Source: Halorhodospira halophila
GTDB lineage: Bacteria; Pseudomonadota; Gammaproteobacteria; Nitrococcales; Halorhodospiraceae
Length of the DNA stretch: 24,000 bases
Assembly: GCF_016653405.1 (NCBI RefSeq)
Contig: NZ_NHSN01000018.1
Location: 12,524-36,523 of the forward strand
Direction of reading: 5' to 3'
The notes beneath the pieces are model-generated. The model was not told the origin of the DNA. It did no database searches and worked only from the letters and a program-made list of their open reading frames with translations. Shown piece after piece: positions 1-9,257 of this stretch; within the stretch, counting starts at the first letter, position 1; every line of letters starts with the position of its first letter. A program made the position numbers and the translations under genes.

Positions 1-954
1 CAGCGCCTGAGTCAGGCCGGCATCCAGGTGGCGCGCAGCTCGCTGACCGCCGTCGTAGCGCGCGCCAGTCCACTGCTCGCCCCGATCGCACAGGCACAGC
101 TGGCGCACGTGCTCAGCGGCGGGGTGCTGGCCATGGACGAGACGCCGATCAAGGCCGGGCGCAAGGGCCCGGGCAAGATGCACCAGGGCTACTTCTGGCC
201 GCTGTACGGTGAGAGCGACGAGATCTGCTTTACCTTCAGCCCCAGCCGTGGCGGCGCGCACATCGAACGCACCCTGGCCGGTCGCTTCCACGGGGTGCTG
301 CTCACCGACGGCTACGCGGCCTACGAGCGATACGCCGCCGGACAGCCGCAGATCATCCACGCCCAGTGCTGGTCACACATGCGCCGCCAGTTCGAGCGGG
401 CCCTGGACAGCGACCCGGCAGCGCGCGAAGCTCTGGAGCAGATCGCAGCGCTCTACGACCGGGAGCAATCGATCCGTGCGCGTGGACTCCACGGCGAGGA
501 CAAACGCCAGGCGCGCCAGGAGCAGTGCGCTGCGCTGGTGCGCGACTTCTGGCAATGGTGTGATGCGCAGCTCCAGCGCATGGATCTTGAGCCGCGCCAC
601 CCGCTGCTCAAGGCGCTGGGGTATGTGCGCGAGCGCCAGTCGGCCCTGGCCGTCTTCCTGGAACACCCGGATGTCCCCATCGACACGAACCACCTGGAGC
701 GGGGGCTGCGCCCCATCCCCATGGGTCGGCGCAACTGGTTATTCTGCTGGAGCGAGGTCGGTGCCGAGCACGTGGCCACCATCCAGACGCTGCTGGTGAC
801 CTGTCGGCTGCAGGGCGTGGATCCGACCACGTACCTGATCGATGTGCTCCAGCGCGTCGGCATGCACCCGGCGGCCCGGGTCGAGGAGCTCACGCCGCGG
901 TGTTGGAAAACCCGGTTCGCTGATGCGCCGCTGCGCTCGGATGTAGAGCCTTAG
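1..954 (+). CDS. IS66-family transposase (TnpC-type DDE), N-terminus outside the window
   Basis: The track starts this ORF at GTG 28, but the frame is open back to nt 1. The translation (RLSQAGIQVARSSL...MDETPIKAGRKGPGKMHQGYFWPLYG...LLTDGYAAYE...HAQCWSHMRRQFERA...RNWLFCWSEVGAEH...) matches the conserved core and C-terminal region of IS66 transposases. Stop is TAG 952-954. Confidence 0.9.
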   Translation, partial: QRLSQAGIQVARSSLTAVVARASPLLAPIAQAQLAHVLSGGVLAMDETPIKAGRKGPGKMHQGYFWPLYGESDEICFTFSPSRGGAHIERTLAGRFHGVLLTDGYAAYERYAAGQPQIIHAQCWSHMRRQFERALDSDPAAREALEQIAALYDREQSIRARGLHGEDKRQARQEQCAALVRDFWQWCDAQLQRMDLEPRHPLLKALGYVRERQSALAVFLEHPDVPIDTNHLERGLRPIPMGRRNWLFCWSEVGAEHVATIQTLLVTCRLQGVDPTTYLIDVLQRVGMHPAARVEELTPRCWKTRFADAPLRSDVEP

Positions 955-1001
955 ACACCACTGCCTCCCCAGTCCATAGTTAGCCAGCGAGAGCCGGTTG
1001 A

Positions 1002-1268
1002 ATGCGCATTGACGATCTCAGCCTCGACGAACTCCTGGAACTCAACGAGATCATCTGCCGCCGCATCGACGAACTGCGGGCGCGTCAGGATCTCGATGTC
1101 CTCAAGCACCTGCGCCTGGGACAGGAGGTGTCGTTCGAAAGCCGCGAGGGCGAGGTGTTCGGCCGGGTGGTTAAGATTAACCGCAAGACGGTGGTGGTCC
1201 ACACCGAGGATCACCGTCAGTGGAAAGTCTCCCCCGGGCTCATCAAGATGCTCCGGGATGTCCAGTGA
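1002..1268 (+). CDS. hypothetical 88-aa protein carried inside the IS66 element
   Basis: ATG 1002 to TGA 1266-1268, with GC3-rich codons. An N-terminal acidic helical segment is followed by a beta-rich C-terminal part (GQEVSFESREGEVFGRVVKINRKTVVVHTEDHRQWKVSP). I recognise no family. It lies between the transposase stop and the IR. Confidence 0.5.
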   Translation: MRIDDLSLDELLELNEIICRRIDELRARQDLDVLKHLRLGQEVSFESREGEVFGRVVKINRKTVVVHTEDHRQWKVSPGLIKMLRDVQ

Positions 1269-1302
1269 TCCCCGTCAACGACGTCACGGAATGACCGCTT
1301 AC

Positions 1303-1605
1303 CTTCGACCTGCTGCTCATCGACGAACTCGGCTACCTGCCGATGAGCCGCCAGGCGCGCTACAACCTCTTCCAGCTGGTGCACGCCTTCTACGAGTACC
1401 GCTCGCTGATCCTGACCACCAACAAGGACTTCACCGACTGGGGCGAGTTCTTCCACAACGACAACGTCGCCGTCCCGATCATCGATCGGGTCATCCATCA
1501 CTCATCGATCTACATGCTCGGAGGTGAGAGCTACCGACTCAAGGAGAAGACCGCCGGCTGAGACCGGCAAGGTGGGTCAATTTTAATGTCCGCAAGTGGG
1601 TCCAA
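1303..1605 (+). mobile_element. IS21-family element remnant (3' istB fragment plus terminal repeat region); outer boundary approximate
   Basis: The istB 3' fragment is followed by two imperfect direct repeats, CAAGGTGGGTCAA (1568-1580) and CAAGTGGGTCCAA (1593-1605). These are consistent with the multiple terminal transposase-binding repeats of IS21-family ends. The true end lies somewhere around 1600-1625. Confidence 0.6.
1304..1561 (+). pseudogene. istB: istB (IS21 AAA+ helper) 3' fragment, 5' part displaced by the IS66 insertion
   Basis: In frame from 1304: FDLLLIDELGYLPMSRQARYNLFQLVHAFYEYRSLILTTNKDFTDWGEFFHNDNVAVPIIDRVIHHSSIYMLGGESYRLKEK. This covers the Walker B motif (DELGY) through the conserved C-terminus of IstB. 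An in-frame TGA at 1292-1294 lies just upstream, inside IS66 DNA. Stop is TGA 1559-1561. Confidence 0.8.
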
Positions 1606-2302
1606 GACGGTGGCCATTGACAACCAGGATCTCCGAGGAGGGCAGACTCGCGCCCTCACGCAGCTCCTGCATGCGCCGGATAAACGAGTCGCGCGCCTCT
1701 GGGGGGATAATAAGGTCTGCTAGGTTGCCCCCCATAGCCTCCTCGGCTGTATAGCCATAGAGCCGTTCACTGGCACGGTTCCAGTGAACCACTGTGCCGT
1801 CGAGCTGATACCCCTGGATCGCGATATCCGGTACGGTATCCAGGACATGCGCCAGCGCGATCTCATTACGGCGGAGGGACTCCTCGGTCTCTCTCCGGGC
1901 GGTCACATCGTGGTTAATCGCGCAGTACCCCCGGTACGAACCGGAATCGTCCCAGACCTCTCGGCGTGCCTGCTCAATACAGCGAACTTCCCCCGATCGG
2001 GTGAGGATGCGGAAATGTAAAGTTGTTGCAGCAGTATCGTTGTTGGTCTGGCAATGCTCACCGTGGTGGGCGCGGTCGTCGGGGTGGATTAGGCGCTCCA
2101 AAAGGTTAGGATCATCCAACAGTTCTTGCGCCGAGTAACCGGTAACCGACTGACAGGCCGACGAGACGTAGAGGAGTCGTCCGTCCTGCCCCACCCAGTA
2201 GACCCATTCGGGTAAGGAATCCGCCAGAAGCCGGTCACGTTCCTCACGCAACCGCTCGGGGGCATCCCGGTACCTGGCTGGCGATCTTCGACGCTGCTTC
2301 AT
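1583..2302 (-). CDS. tandem-PAS sensor protein, 3'-truncated by the IS21 insertion (probable gene remnant)
   Basis: The 239-aa ORF has two PAS folds (GQDGRLLYVSSACQSVTGYSAQELL...FRILTRSGEVRCIEQ...INHDVT and DIAIQGYQLDGTVVHWNRASERLYGYTAEEAMG...). The second PAS is incomplete and no output domain follows. The last codons (..LGPTCGH*) are encoded by the IS21 terminal-repeat DNA. There is no obvious SD at ATG 2302, and GC content is visibly lower than the surrounding sequence. Confidence 0.7.
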   Translation of the reverse strand: MKQRRRSPARYRDAPERLREERDRLLADSLPEWVYWVGQDGRLLYVSSACQSVTGYSAQELLDDPNLLERLIHPDDRAHHGEHCQTNNDTAATTLHFRILTRSGEVRCIEQARREVWDDSGSYRGYCAINHDVTARRETEESLRRNEIALAHVLDTVPDIAIQGYQLDGTVVHWNRASERLYGYTAEEAMGGNLADLIIPPEARDSFIRRMQELREGASLPSSEILVVNGHRLGPTCGH

Positions 2303-2494
2303 GGGCTAGCCGCTCGGCAGGGGCTATATGAGGAGAGCAAATGAGCCGCGGTGGTTCTTTGAACTTGGACCAGGGTTGGAGAAGAAGTCAAGGAGCCCGC
2401 TGGGGGTAAGCTGCGCCGGTCCGGGATGTTCTTGCGGCACTGTGCATCGGGCTGCGACAGGCGGTCGCCGCGGCACGTCCGGCACCCCTCAAGG

Positions 2495-2540
2495 CTCGAT
2501 CGTCCCTGATCGAGCGCCCCGCGGCCATCACGGCCCGCGG
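2495..2540 (-). terminator. two tandem GC-rich hairpins downstream of the homocysteine methyltransferase gene
   Basis: CTCGATC-gtccct-GATCGAG (2495-2514) and CCGCGGCC-atcac-GGcCCGCGG (2519-2540, one bulge) lie 23-70 nt past the stop at 2563. There is no U-tract, so this is a structure-only call. Confidence 0.35.
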
Positions 2541-2562
2541 TCCTTCAGGAGGTAACCGGCCG

Positions 2563-3477
2563 CTAGGCCGATATCAACTCGTACCCGGCGGCGGCCAGCT
2601 CCTTGCTTAGGGTCTCGATGTGGGCCGGGCCCACCTCGCAGCAGCCACCGACGATGCTCGCACCCTGTCGCACCCAGCCCAGCGCATGCTCGGCATAGGC
2701 GGCGGGGTCGAGGTCCTTGCGGGCCTCCAGCACATCGACCGTACCCCCCGGCTGCAGTGCCTCGACGGAGGTGAAGGCGTTGGCGTAGGCGCCGAACGGC
2801 ACACCAAGGTCCGCGATCTCGCTCATGGCCGTCGCGACTGCCTCGGGCACCGCGCAGTTGATCAGAACGCCCTGCGCGCCCACGGCCACCACTTCACGAG
2901 CCGCTTCGGCAAGAGACTCGCCGGAGCGCAGGCGTGTGCCATCCCCGTCGTCCACCGTGAACGCGGTCCAGACCGGCAGATTGCTCTCCACCCCGGCGAT
3001 CGTCGCGGCACGGGCCTCACGGGCGAGGGACATGGTCTCGCAGAGGAAAAGATCGACCCCCTCGGCCTGGGCCTCGACCATCTGGCGGTAGTCGGCGTGA
3101 CAGGTGGCGTCGTCCGGCGCTACGTCGGGGCGATAGCTCGCCACCAGCGGTGGCAGGCAACCGGCGATGCGCACATCCTGACCCGTTTCCTCACGGGCCG
3201 TGCGGGCGGCGTTTAGTGCCGCCTCGTGCAGGGGATGGAATAGATCGGGGTCCCCGTCACGGGCCAGACGGCGCGGGGTGGCACTGTAGGTGTTGGCGGT
3301 GATCACCCGGGCGCCGGCCTTGATGAAGTCACGATGGGCGGCGACCACCAGCTCCGGCTCTTCCAGCATCACCTGGGCGGACCACAGCGGTGATGCCGGG
3401 CGGCTGCTGCGCCGCCGCAGCTCCTGCCCCATGCCACCATCCAGTACCACGACCCGATTGCCTTGAGCATTCACCAT
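2563..3477 (-). CDS. homocysteine S-methyltransferase family protein (MmuM/Hcy-binding domain)
   Basis: The 304-aa product has VVLDGGMGQEL at the N-terminus, ITANTYSA, and a C-terminal GGCCEVGPAHI zinc/Hcy-binding signature. Its ATG (3475-3477) overlaps the upstream gene's TAA (3477-3479) as TAATG. Confidence 0.9.
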   Translation of the reverse strand: MVNAQGNRVVVLDGGMGQELRRRSSRPASPLWSAQVMLEEPELVVAAHRDFIKAGARVITANTYSATPRRLARDGDPDLFHPLHEAALNAARTAREETGQDVRIAGCLPPLVASYRPDVAPDDATCHADYRQMVEAQAEGVDLFLCETMSLAREARAATIAGVESNLPVWTAFTVDDGDGTRLRSGESLAEAAREVVAVGAQGVLINCAVPEAVATAMSEIADLGVPFGAYANAFTSVEALQPGGTVDVLEARKDLDPAAYAEHALGWVRQGASIVGGCCEVGPAHIETLSKELAAAGYELISA

Positions 3478-4184
3478 TAAAGTATCCCCTTGTTTCCGCG
3501 AAAGCTGTCGACCCCGGCGGGGCCCGCTCGCCCCGAGGGTGACCGCCTCACCTTACGCACAAGGGGCAGGTCCCGAAAATAGCGGCGCACCCCGGCGCCG
3601 ACGAAGTTGGAACCGCCACGGACGCCATCGAACAGGCCGAAGACACCGGAGCGGTGGTGGATGCGCACGAATCCGCTCCATGCCTGCCCTGGGGGCTTGC
3701 CCTCCAACTCCAGCAACAAATAGTTGAGCAGCTGCGCCGAGTCCTTCTCGTCACCCTTGTCCCCGCGGGGCTCGATAGCGGGCTCCTCGGTCGCCCACGA
3801 CAGCCCCTCCCCAAAGGCCGCCCGGGTATCCAGCCAACGATCCCAGGGGAAACGGGTCCAGCGCGCGACCAGGACGCCGTTGATCTCCCCATGGCGCTGC
3901 AGGCCGGTGTGCCGGACCAGCTGCCCCTCGACCTCCAGGTCCAGGCCGCCGCGGCGGGCGATCCGAGTGCCGTAGGCCACGCTTACCATATAGCTCTCCT
4001 GGCGGCTGGCGGAGGCCCGGCTGATGATGTGAACCAGCCGGTTCTGGGCGCTCTGGCCGACGTAGAGCGCCACATAGGAGCGGTTGTCACCGGCTCCCGC
4101 CGGCTCTGTCCGCTCCATGGCCCCAGACGACGGGCCCGCAAGGACCAGGATCAGCGTGACAAGAGCGAGCCGGCCTCCCCTCAT
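3477..4184 (-). CDS. outer-membrane beta-barrel protein, acyloxyacyl hydrolase / lipid A deacylase (PagL)-like
   Basis: I re-set the start to ATG 4184 (MRGGRLALVTLILVLAGPSSGA, a signal peptide); the track's upstream 41 codons look non-coding. The sequence shows an alternating beta pattern and the C-terminal block FVRIHHRSGVFG...GGSNFVGAGVRRYF, which resembles the His/Ser region and terminal YxF of the PagL/acyloxyacyl-hydrolase family. The family assignment comes from motif memory only. Confidence 0.55.
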   Translation of the reverse strand: MRGGRLALVTLILVLAGPSSGAMERTEPAGAGDNRSYVALYVGQSAQNRLVHIISRASASRQESYMVSVAYGTRIARRGGLDLEVEGQLVRHTGLQRHGEINGVLVARWTRFPWDRWLDTRAAFGEGLSWATEEPAIEPRGDKGDEKDSAQLLNYLLLELEGKPPGQAWSGFVRIHHRSGVFGLFDGVRGGSNFVGAGVRRYFRDLPLVRKVRRSPSGRAGPAGVDSFRGNKGIL

Positions 4185-4317
4185 AACGATCACACCTTTG
4201 CGCCCGCACGACTCCCCAGCCCCCAATGTAGCCCAGCGCTGCCCCGCCCTCGTCGCGGCGCGGCACGAGCCGTTACCCTGTCCGCCAGGAACCCCCAGCC
4301 TGCTCACGGAGATCCGG

Positions 4318-5142
4318 ATGCGCTTGCTGCTGAGCCTCGCCGCAGCGGCCGGTCTGATCTACGTCGGTTTCGGCGCGCTGCTTTTCTTCGGACAGGAGCG
4401 GATGGTCCACCTGCCGCAGATCCCCTCCCGCGAGCTGCAATCCGCCCCGGCAGACCGCGGCTGGGACTATCAGGATCTGGCCATCCCGAGCACCGACGGG
4501 GTCACCCTGCACGGCTGGCGCATCCCGGCCGATAGCCCCCGCGGGGTGGTGATCTTCTTCCACGGCAACGCCGGGAACATCTCCCACCGCCTGGACACGA
4601 TCGCGATCCTCCGCGATCTGGGGCTGGATGTGATCATCTTCGACTACCGCGGGTACGGGCAAAGCGAAGGCAGCGCCCACGAGGCGGGGCTGCACGAGGA
4701 TGCCCGTGCGGTGGCCCGGTGGGTGCGCGAGGAACTGGGCGTGCCCGGAGAACGGATGGTCTTCCATGGCCGCTCGCTGGGCGGTGCCCTGGCGGCCAGC
4801 GCGGCGCGCCACACCAGCCCGGCGGCGCTGATCCTGGAGTCGAGCTTTACCTCGGCCGAGGCGGTGGCCCGCGATCTCTATCCGTTCTACCCGACCCGCT
4901 GGCTGACGCGGCTCGAATACGCCACCGCCGATTACCTTACCGAGACCCGGGCACCGGTGCTGATCGTCCACAGCCGTGACGATGAGATCATCCCCTACCA
5001 CCACGCCCGCTCCCTGCGCGAGGCCGCCCCGGGCGAGGCGCAGCTGCTCACCATCCGCGGTGACCACAACACCGGTTTTCTCACCAGCGGCCGGGCGTAT
5101 CGCGACGGGCTGCGCCAGTTCCTGGACCAGCACCTGCCGTGA
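4318..5142 (+). CDS. alpha/beta hydrolase (BEM46/ABHD13-like, S33-type) with N-terminal membrane anchor
   Basis: I re-set the start to ATG 4318 (GGAGA SD 7 nt upstream; MRLLLSLAAAAGLIYVGFGALLFF). Motifs present: FFHGNAGN, the nucleophile elbow GRSLGG, and the acid/His region HSRDDEIIP...GDHN. Stop is TGA 5140-5142. Confidence 0.85.
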   Translation: MRLLLSLAAAAGLIYVGFGALLFFGQERMVHLPQIPSRELQSAPADRGWDYQDLAIPSTDGVTLHGWRIPADSPRGVVIFFHGNAGNISHRLDTIAILRDLGLDVIIFDYRGYGQSEGSAHEAGLHEDARAVARWVREELGVPGERMVFHGRSLGGALAASAARHTSPAALILESSFTSAEAVARDLYPFYPTRWLTRLEYATADYLTETRAPVLIVHSRDDEIIPYHHARSLREAAPGEAQLLTIRGDHNTGFLTSGRAYRDGLRQFLDQHLP

Positions 5143-5282
5143 CCCGGCCAGGGCGAGGTGCGATCCGCACCCGAGCTGGCCCGCATCAGCACCACCGGGC
5201 GGGCCACGTAGAGCGCCAGCATCGAGAGGACTAGAATGATCAGCGAGTAGGCGCCGCCGAATCTGAACGAGGGGAACGAACC

Positions 5283-6047
5283 ATGAAGGGAGTAGACGGC
5301 AAGGTCATCGTCATCACCGGGGCCGCTGGGGGCATCGGCGAGGCCACGGCACGCCACCTCCACGCCCAGGGGGCGCGCCTGTTGCTCACCGACCGGGAGC
5401 TCGACGGTGTGCAGCGGCTGGCCGAGGAGTTGGGTGAAGGCACCGCCGCCATGGCGGTGGACGTCTCCAGCCAGGCCGACAACGAGGCCATGATCCGCGA
5501 GGCCGAGTCGCAATTCGGGGCTGTGCACGGGGTCTTTCTCAACGCCGGCATCGAGGGTCGGGCCGGTCCGCTGGAAGCGGCGGACGACAGCGTCTGGGAG
5601 CAGGTGCTGGCGGTCAACGTGCACGGCGTCCGCTACGGCATCCAGGCCGCCCTGCCCGCTCTGCGCCGCGCCGGTGGCGGCAGCCTCCTGATCACCTCGA
5701 GTGTCGCTGGCGTGCGTGGCGTCGCCGGGCTGAGCCCCTACGTCAGCAGCAAGCACGCGGTCATGGGCCTGATGCGCACCGCCGCGGCTGAGCTCGGCGC
5801 CGAGGGGATCCGGGTCAACTGCGTGAACCCGGGCCCGGTGGACAACCGGATGATGCGCTCGATCGAGGATCAGGTCAGCCCCGGGCACGGCGACGAGGTC
5901 AAGCAGGGCTTCACGGCGCGCATCCCGCTCGGGCGCTACGTCAACAACGACGAGGTCGCGTCCGTGGCGGCCTTCCTGCTCTCTGATGCGGCCTCGGGGA
6001 TCACCGGCTCCAACTACATGGTCGACGGCGGGATGACCGCCCAGTGA
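5283..6047 (+). CDS. classical short-chain dehydrogenase/reductase (SDR)
   Basis: ATG 5283 has a GAGGGGA SD. Motifs present: TGAAGGIG cofactor motif, NAG, catalytic S...YVSSK, and PG. Confidence 0.9.
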   Translation: MKGVDGKVIVITGAAGGIGEATARHLHAQGARLLLTDRELDGVQRLAEELGEGTAAMAVDVSSQADNEAMIREAESQFGAVHGVFLNAGIEGRAGPLEAADDSVWEQVLAVNVHGVRYGIQAALPALRRAGGGSLLITSSVAGVRGVAGLSPYVSSKHAVMGLMRTAAAELGAEGIRVNCVNPGPVDNRMMRSIEDQVSPGHGDEVKQGFTARIPLGRYVNNDEVASVAAFLLSDAASGITGSNYMVDGGMTAQ

Positions 6048-6052
6048 CCGGC

Positions 6053-6086
6053 CACGCGTGGGCCGCCCACCCGGGTGGCCCGCGTG
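6053..6086. terminator. GC-rich palindromic structure between convergent genes (possible bidirectional terminator)
   Basis: CACGCG(t)GG...CCCGCGTG arms enclose the perfect 12-nt palindrome CCACCCGGGTGG (6067-6078). The structure lies between the SDR stop (6047) and the cytochrome b561 stop (6089). Confidence 0.35.
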
Positions 6087-6088
6087 TC

Positions 6089-6751
6089 TTACGGTGCCGT
6101 GGCCAGGAGCAGCCACACCACGCCCACCGCCACCGCGGCGGCGACGGCGGCACGGTAGAGCGGCGCAATCCAGGGCGGTGCGAAACCGTTGCGCTTGTAG
6201 CCGCTGATCATGGCCATGAGCAGCCGCTCGCCACGCACCCAGCGATACACCGCGATGGCCACCACGTGGAGGGTGATCAGGATCAGCAGCAGGTCGAAGG
6301 TGCGGCTGTGCAGGCGAGTCATGGTGCGCTCCATGTCGGAGCCGATCCAACCGGTCAGCGGCCCGCTACGCAGGATATCGTCGGTGGCGAATAGCCCCGA
6401 TACCGCCTGCACCAGCGCCAGCGCCAGAAGGGCAACCACCGCCCAACCACCGAGTGGGTTGTGGCCGCGACTCGGGGTGCGGTCGCGCCACCAGTCCCGG
6501 AGGTAGCGGGCAATGGTCCGTGGGCCCGCCAGAAAGTCGCCGAATCGCGCCGTCTCGCTGCCGAACCACCCCCATAGCAGCCGGAACAGGATCAGGGTGA
6601 TGACCGCATAACCGCTCGACTGATGGAGATCCCAGCCCGACAGCCCCTGCTCCGCGCTGTACCACGAGAGCCCGAGGGCAACCACCAGGGCCCAGTGGAA
6701 GAGCCGTGTGGGTAAGTCCCAGACCAGAACCCGCTGTTCTCCGCTCATCAT
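6089..6751 (-). CDS. cytochrome b561 family protein (prokaryotic di-haem b, PF01292-like)
   Basis: Four predicted TM helices carry conserved His residues (RLFHWALVV, HQSSGYAV, GHNPLGGWAV, LITLHVVAI). The track start 6766 is GTG; I prefer ATG 6751 (or 6748), directly preceded by GGAAGGGGG. Confidence 0.85.
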   Translation of the reverse strand: MMSGEQRVLVWDLPTRLFHWALVVALGLSWYSAEQGLSGWDLHQSSGYAVITLILFRLLWGWFGSETARFGDFLAGPRTIARYLRDWWRDRTPSRGHNPLGGWAVVALLALALVQAVSGLFATDDILRSGPLTGWIGSDMERTMTRLHSRTFDLLLILITLHVVAIAVYRWVRGERLLMAMISGYKRNGFAPPWIAPLYRAAVAAAVAVGVVWLLLATAP

Positions 6752-6967
6752 CCCCCTTCCATGCACGCGGGCGATCCTTGTGCGTACCGCTGACCCGCTG
6801 CTCGCACGGTATCCAGCCTAGCTCCTTACCCGGTGCCTGTCAGGCCCCGTGGGTGCTCCCGCGTTTGATCCAGCCCCAACCACCGACTAGGCTTGAGCAA
6901 GTGCTGCCAAGCAACGGATCCATCGGGGTCCACTTCCCCGGACCCGACTAGCGCGAAAGGAGGTGCC

Positions 6968-7426
6968 ATGATGCGCAGACTGCTCTCCACCACCCTGGCC
7001 ATCACGACCGGATGCCTGCTGGCGACCGGCGCAGTGGCACAATCCGACGAGGATCAGATCGATTACCGGCAGGCCGTGTTCACCCTGGTCGGCGCCAACT
7101 TCGGCCCGATGGGCGACATGGCTCAGGGTGAGATCGACTATGACGCCGAGCAGTTCGCCCGCAATGCGGCCCGCGTTGCGGACCTTAGCCGCATGGCCAA
7201 GGAGGGTTTTGAGGGCGGCCCTCACGATGGTGACACCGATGCCAAGCCGGCTATCTGGGATGAGTGGGACCGCTTCTCCGAGGGCATGACCCATTTCGAG
7301 ACCGCCGCCCAGGAGCTTGCCGAGGCCACCGAAGGGGGGGATCGCGAGCTGGCGGATGTTCAGGATCGCTTCATGCAGGTCGCTGAATCCTGCCAGAGCT
7401 GCCACGACAACTACCGGGACAACTGA
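6968..7426 (+). CDS. cytochrome c' (class II c-type cytochrome)
   Basis: I re-set the start to ATG 6968 (AAAGGAGG SD at 6956-6963). A signal peptide MMRRLLSTTLAITTGCLLATGAVA is followed by four-helix-bundle-type sequence with a single C-terminal haem motif, CQSCH, followed by DNYR. Confidence 0.9.
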   Translation: MMRRLLSTTLAITTGCLLATGAVAQSDEDQIDYRQAVFTLVGANFGPMGDMAQGEIDYDAEQFARNAARVADLSRMAKEGFEGGPHDGDTDAKPAIWDEWDRFSEGMTHFETAAQELAEATEGGDRELADVQDRFMQVAESCQSCHDNYRDN

Positions 7427-7444
7427 TCCCCGGATGATCGATTA

Positions 7445-7466
7445 GGGGCGCCGCTCCGGGCGCCCC
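7445..7466 (+). terminator. hairpin after the cytochrome c' gene
   Basis: GGGGCGCC-gctccg-GGCGCCCC has an 8-bp perfect GC stem and sits 19 nt after the stop. No U-tract follows. Confidence 0.45.
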
Positions 7467-7500
7467 AACCCTTCGCAACCAGGACGGAAACGCGCCAGGC

Positions 7501-9183
7501 ATGGCTCTGATCCCTTCTCGATACCGGCCACGTCTGGGCGTCGGGGCCTTGCTGCTCCTCGGCATCGCCTCGCTGCTCGCCGCGCTGATCACCATTCACA
7601 TCGTCGGCGGCTACATCCTGCTCGATCGCCAGCAGGCCCATGACCAGCAGGTCAATGCGGCGCTGGTCGAGGGCGTGCGGGCCGAACTTCGCGCCGGCTA
7701 CGCCGAACTCGAGCGGTTTCTGGAGAGTAGCGAGGACCGCTATCGCCAGGCCCACGAACAGGCCCGCCAGACCATCGAGGCGGAAGGGATTGAGGCGGTC
7801 GATCTGGATGCCCTGGCTGCACAGCTTAGCCAAGCCCTGGGCGATCCGGTGCATCTTTATATCGTCGACCCGGAGCTGCGCATCACCCGGACGACCTTCG
7901 AACCCGACCAGGATCTGGATTTCACCATGGAGGGGATGGAGGACGCCCGCGGCATGCTCGAGACCGCGCTGGCGCAAGATCAGGTTCTCATTGGGCCGCC
8001 CACACTGGAACTGGTCAGCCGGGAGTTCCGCTTCTACACCTACGGCCCCCTCGGTGATGAGGGCTACGCGCTGGAGCTCGGGTTCAGCCCTGACTTCATC
8101 GATGAGGTCTTTCGGGGCATGGAGCGGCGCATGGAGCAGCGGACCCCGTATGAGGGTGAGCTCTTCTTCCTGGTCAACGGCCAGTGGCTGATCCCCCTGG
8201 GCCTGGATCCGGACCTGGGCGGGCTCGACAAGGCCGAGGCCTTCGCGCAGAGCCAGGTCCAGCTCGATGAACACACCCGCCACTCCCTGGAAGCGGTGGA
8301 GCGCCGTGGTGTCTACCGGCCGCAGAATGCTGACGAGCCCGGCACTTACTACGCCTGGCTGAACCGCATCGATCTCGACGAGGACGGCCACCACCTGGAC
8401 ATCCTGGCCCGCCTGGAGATGGAGCAATCCGCCTCCGAGGACGTGCGCCGCGTCTGGATCGCCGTGCTGGCAGGGACCGGCGGGTCCATCGTGCTTGCCA
8501 CCGTGCTCTTTCATCAGATCGCACGCCGGCTGCTGGTCTTTCCGCTACGCCGGACGGCGCAGGCGGCAGCCGCCCGGCGCCCCATCCCGATCCATGGGCC
8601 GGTGGCGTGGCTGCGCGAACTGCGCCTGCTGGCCCGACAGATCAACCGCGGGCTGGCCCACAGCCACCGCGAACTCGCGGCCCTGAACCGGCAGGCCCAC
8701 TCAGACCAGCTCACGGGTCTGCTCAACCGCAGCGGGCTGGATCAGCAGCTGGCCAACGAGATTGACTACCACCGCCAAAATGATCACCCCCTGTCGCTGC
8801 TGCTGATCGATCTCGATCACTTCAAGCAGGTCAATGACGAGCACGGCCACGCCATCGGCGATGCCGTCCTGCGCACCCTGGCCAGTCAGCTGCGCGCCGG
8901 GGTCCGCGAGGCCGATACGGTGGGCCGCTGGGGTGGCGAGGAGTTCGTGGTCCTGCTGCCGGCCACCGATCTGGCTGGGGCCCATCGAACGGCGGAGAAG
9001 CTGCGCAGGGCGCTGGCCGATCACCCGGTGTTCCGCCAGTACCAGCTGACGGCCAGCTTCGGGGTGAGCACGCTGGAGGCGGATGATGAGGGTGAAGACC
9101 TTTTCGAGCGCGCCGATTGCGCGCTTTATGCCGCGAAAACCCAGGGGCGCAATCGGGTCTGCATCCGCGCACCGGGCTCCTGA
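7501..9183 (+). CDS. membrane-bound diguanylate cyclase (GGDEF) with large periplasmic sensor domain
   Basis: TM1 spans about aa 13-41, an unassigned periplasmic region about aa 42-317, and TM2 about aa 318-340. The C-terminal GGDEF domain has the active site GGEEF (8932-8946) and an RxxD I-site, READ (8905-8916), five residues upstream. Confidence 0.9.
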   Translation: MALIPSRYRPRLGVGALLLLGIASLLAALITIHIVGGYILLDRQQAHDQQVNAALVEGVRAELRAGYAELERFLESSEDRYRQAHEQARQTIEAEGIEAVDLDALAAQLSQALGDPVHLYIVDPELRITRTTFEPDQDLDFTMEGMEDARGMLETALAQDQVLIGPPTLELVSREFRFYTYGPLGDEGYALELGFSPDFIDEVFRGMERRMEQRTPYEGELFFLVNGQWLIPLGLDPDLGGLDKAEAFAQSQVQLDEHTRHSLEAVERRGVYRPQNADEPGTYYAWLNRIDLDEDGHHLDILARLEMEQSASEDVRRVWIAVLAGTGGSIVLATVLFHQIARRLLVFPLRRTAQAAAARRPIPIHGPVAWLRELRLLARQINRGLAHSHRELAALNRQAHSDQLTGLLNRSGLDQQLANEIDYHRQNDHPLSLLLIDLDHFKQVNDEHGHAIGDAVLRTLASQLRAGVREADTVGRWGGEEFVVLLPATDLAGAHRTAEKLRRALADHPVFRQYQLTASFGVSTLEADDEGEDLFERADCALYAAKTQGRNRVCIRAPGS

Positions 9184-9215
9184 CCCGACGGTGACGCGAG
9201 GCGGGAGCCCACGCC

Positions 9216-9238
9216 CCCGGGCCGGTAAACGGCCCGGG
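9216..9238. terminator. perfect hairpin between convergent genes (possible bidirectional terminator)
   Basis: CCCGGGCCG-gtaaa-CGGCCCGGG has a 9-bp perfect stem. It lies between the GGDEF gene stop (9183) and the DUF2141 gene stop (9258). Confidence 0.5.
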
Positions 9239-9257
9239 CATACGCCGCCCGCCGGCG

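Larger units (their letters stand above)
1..1302 (+). mobile_element. IS66-family insertion sequence, right-hand portion (left end is upstream of the window)
   Basis: Transposase gene plus 348 bp of downstream DNA ending in ...GACCGCTTAC (CGCTTAC = 1296-1302). This is the reverse complement of the 5'-GTAAGCG start typical of IS66-family terminal inverted repeats. Homology to the IstB protein of a different element begins at the next base (1303/1304). Confidence 0.7.
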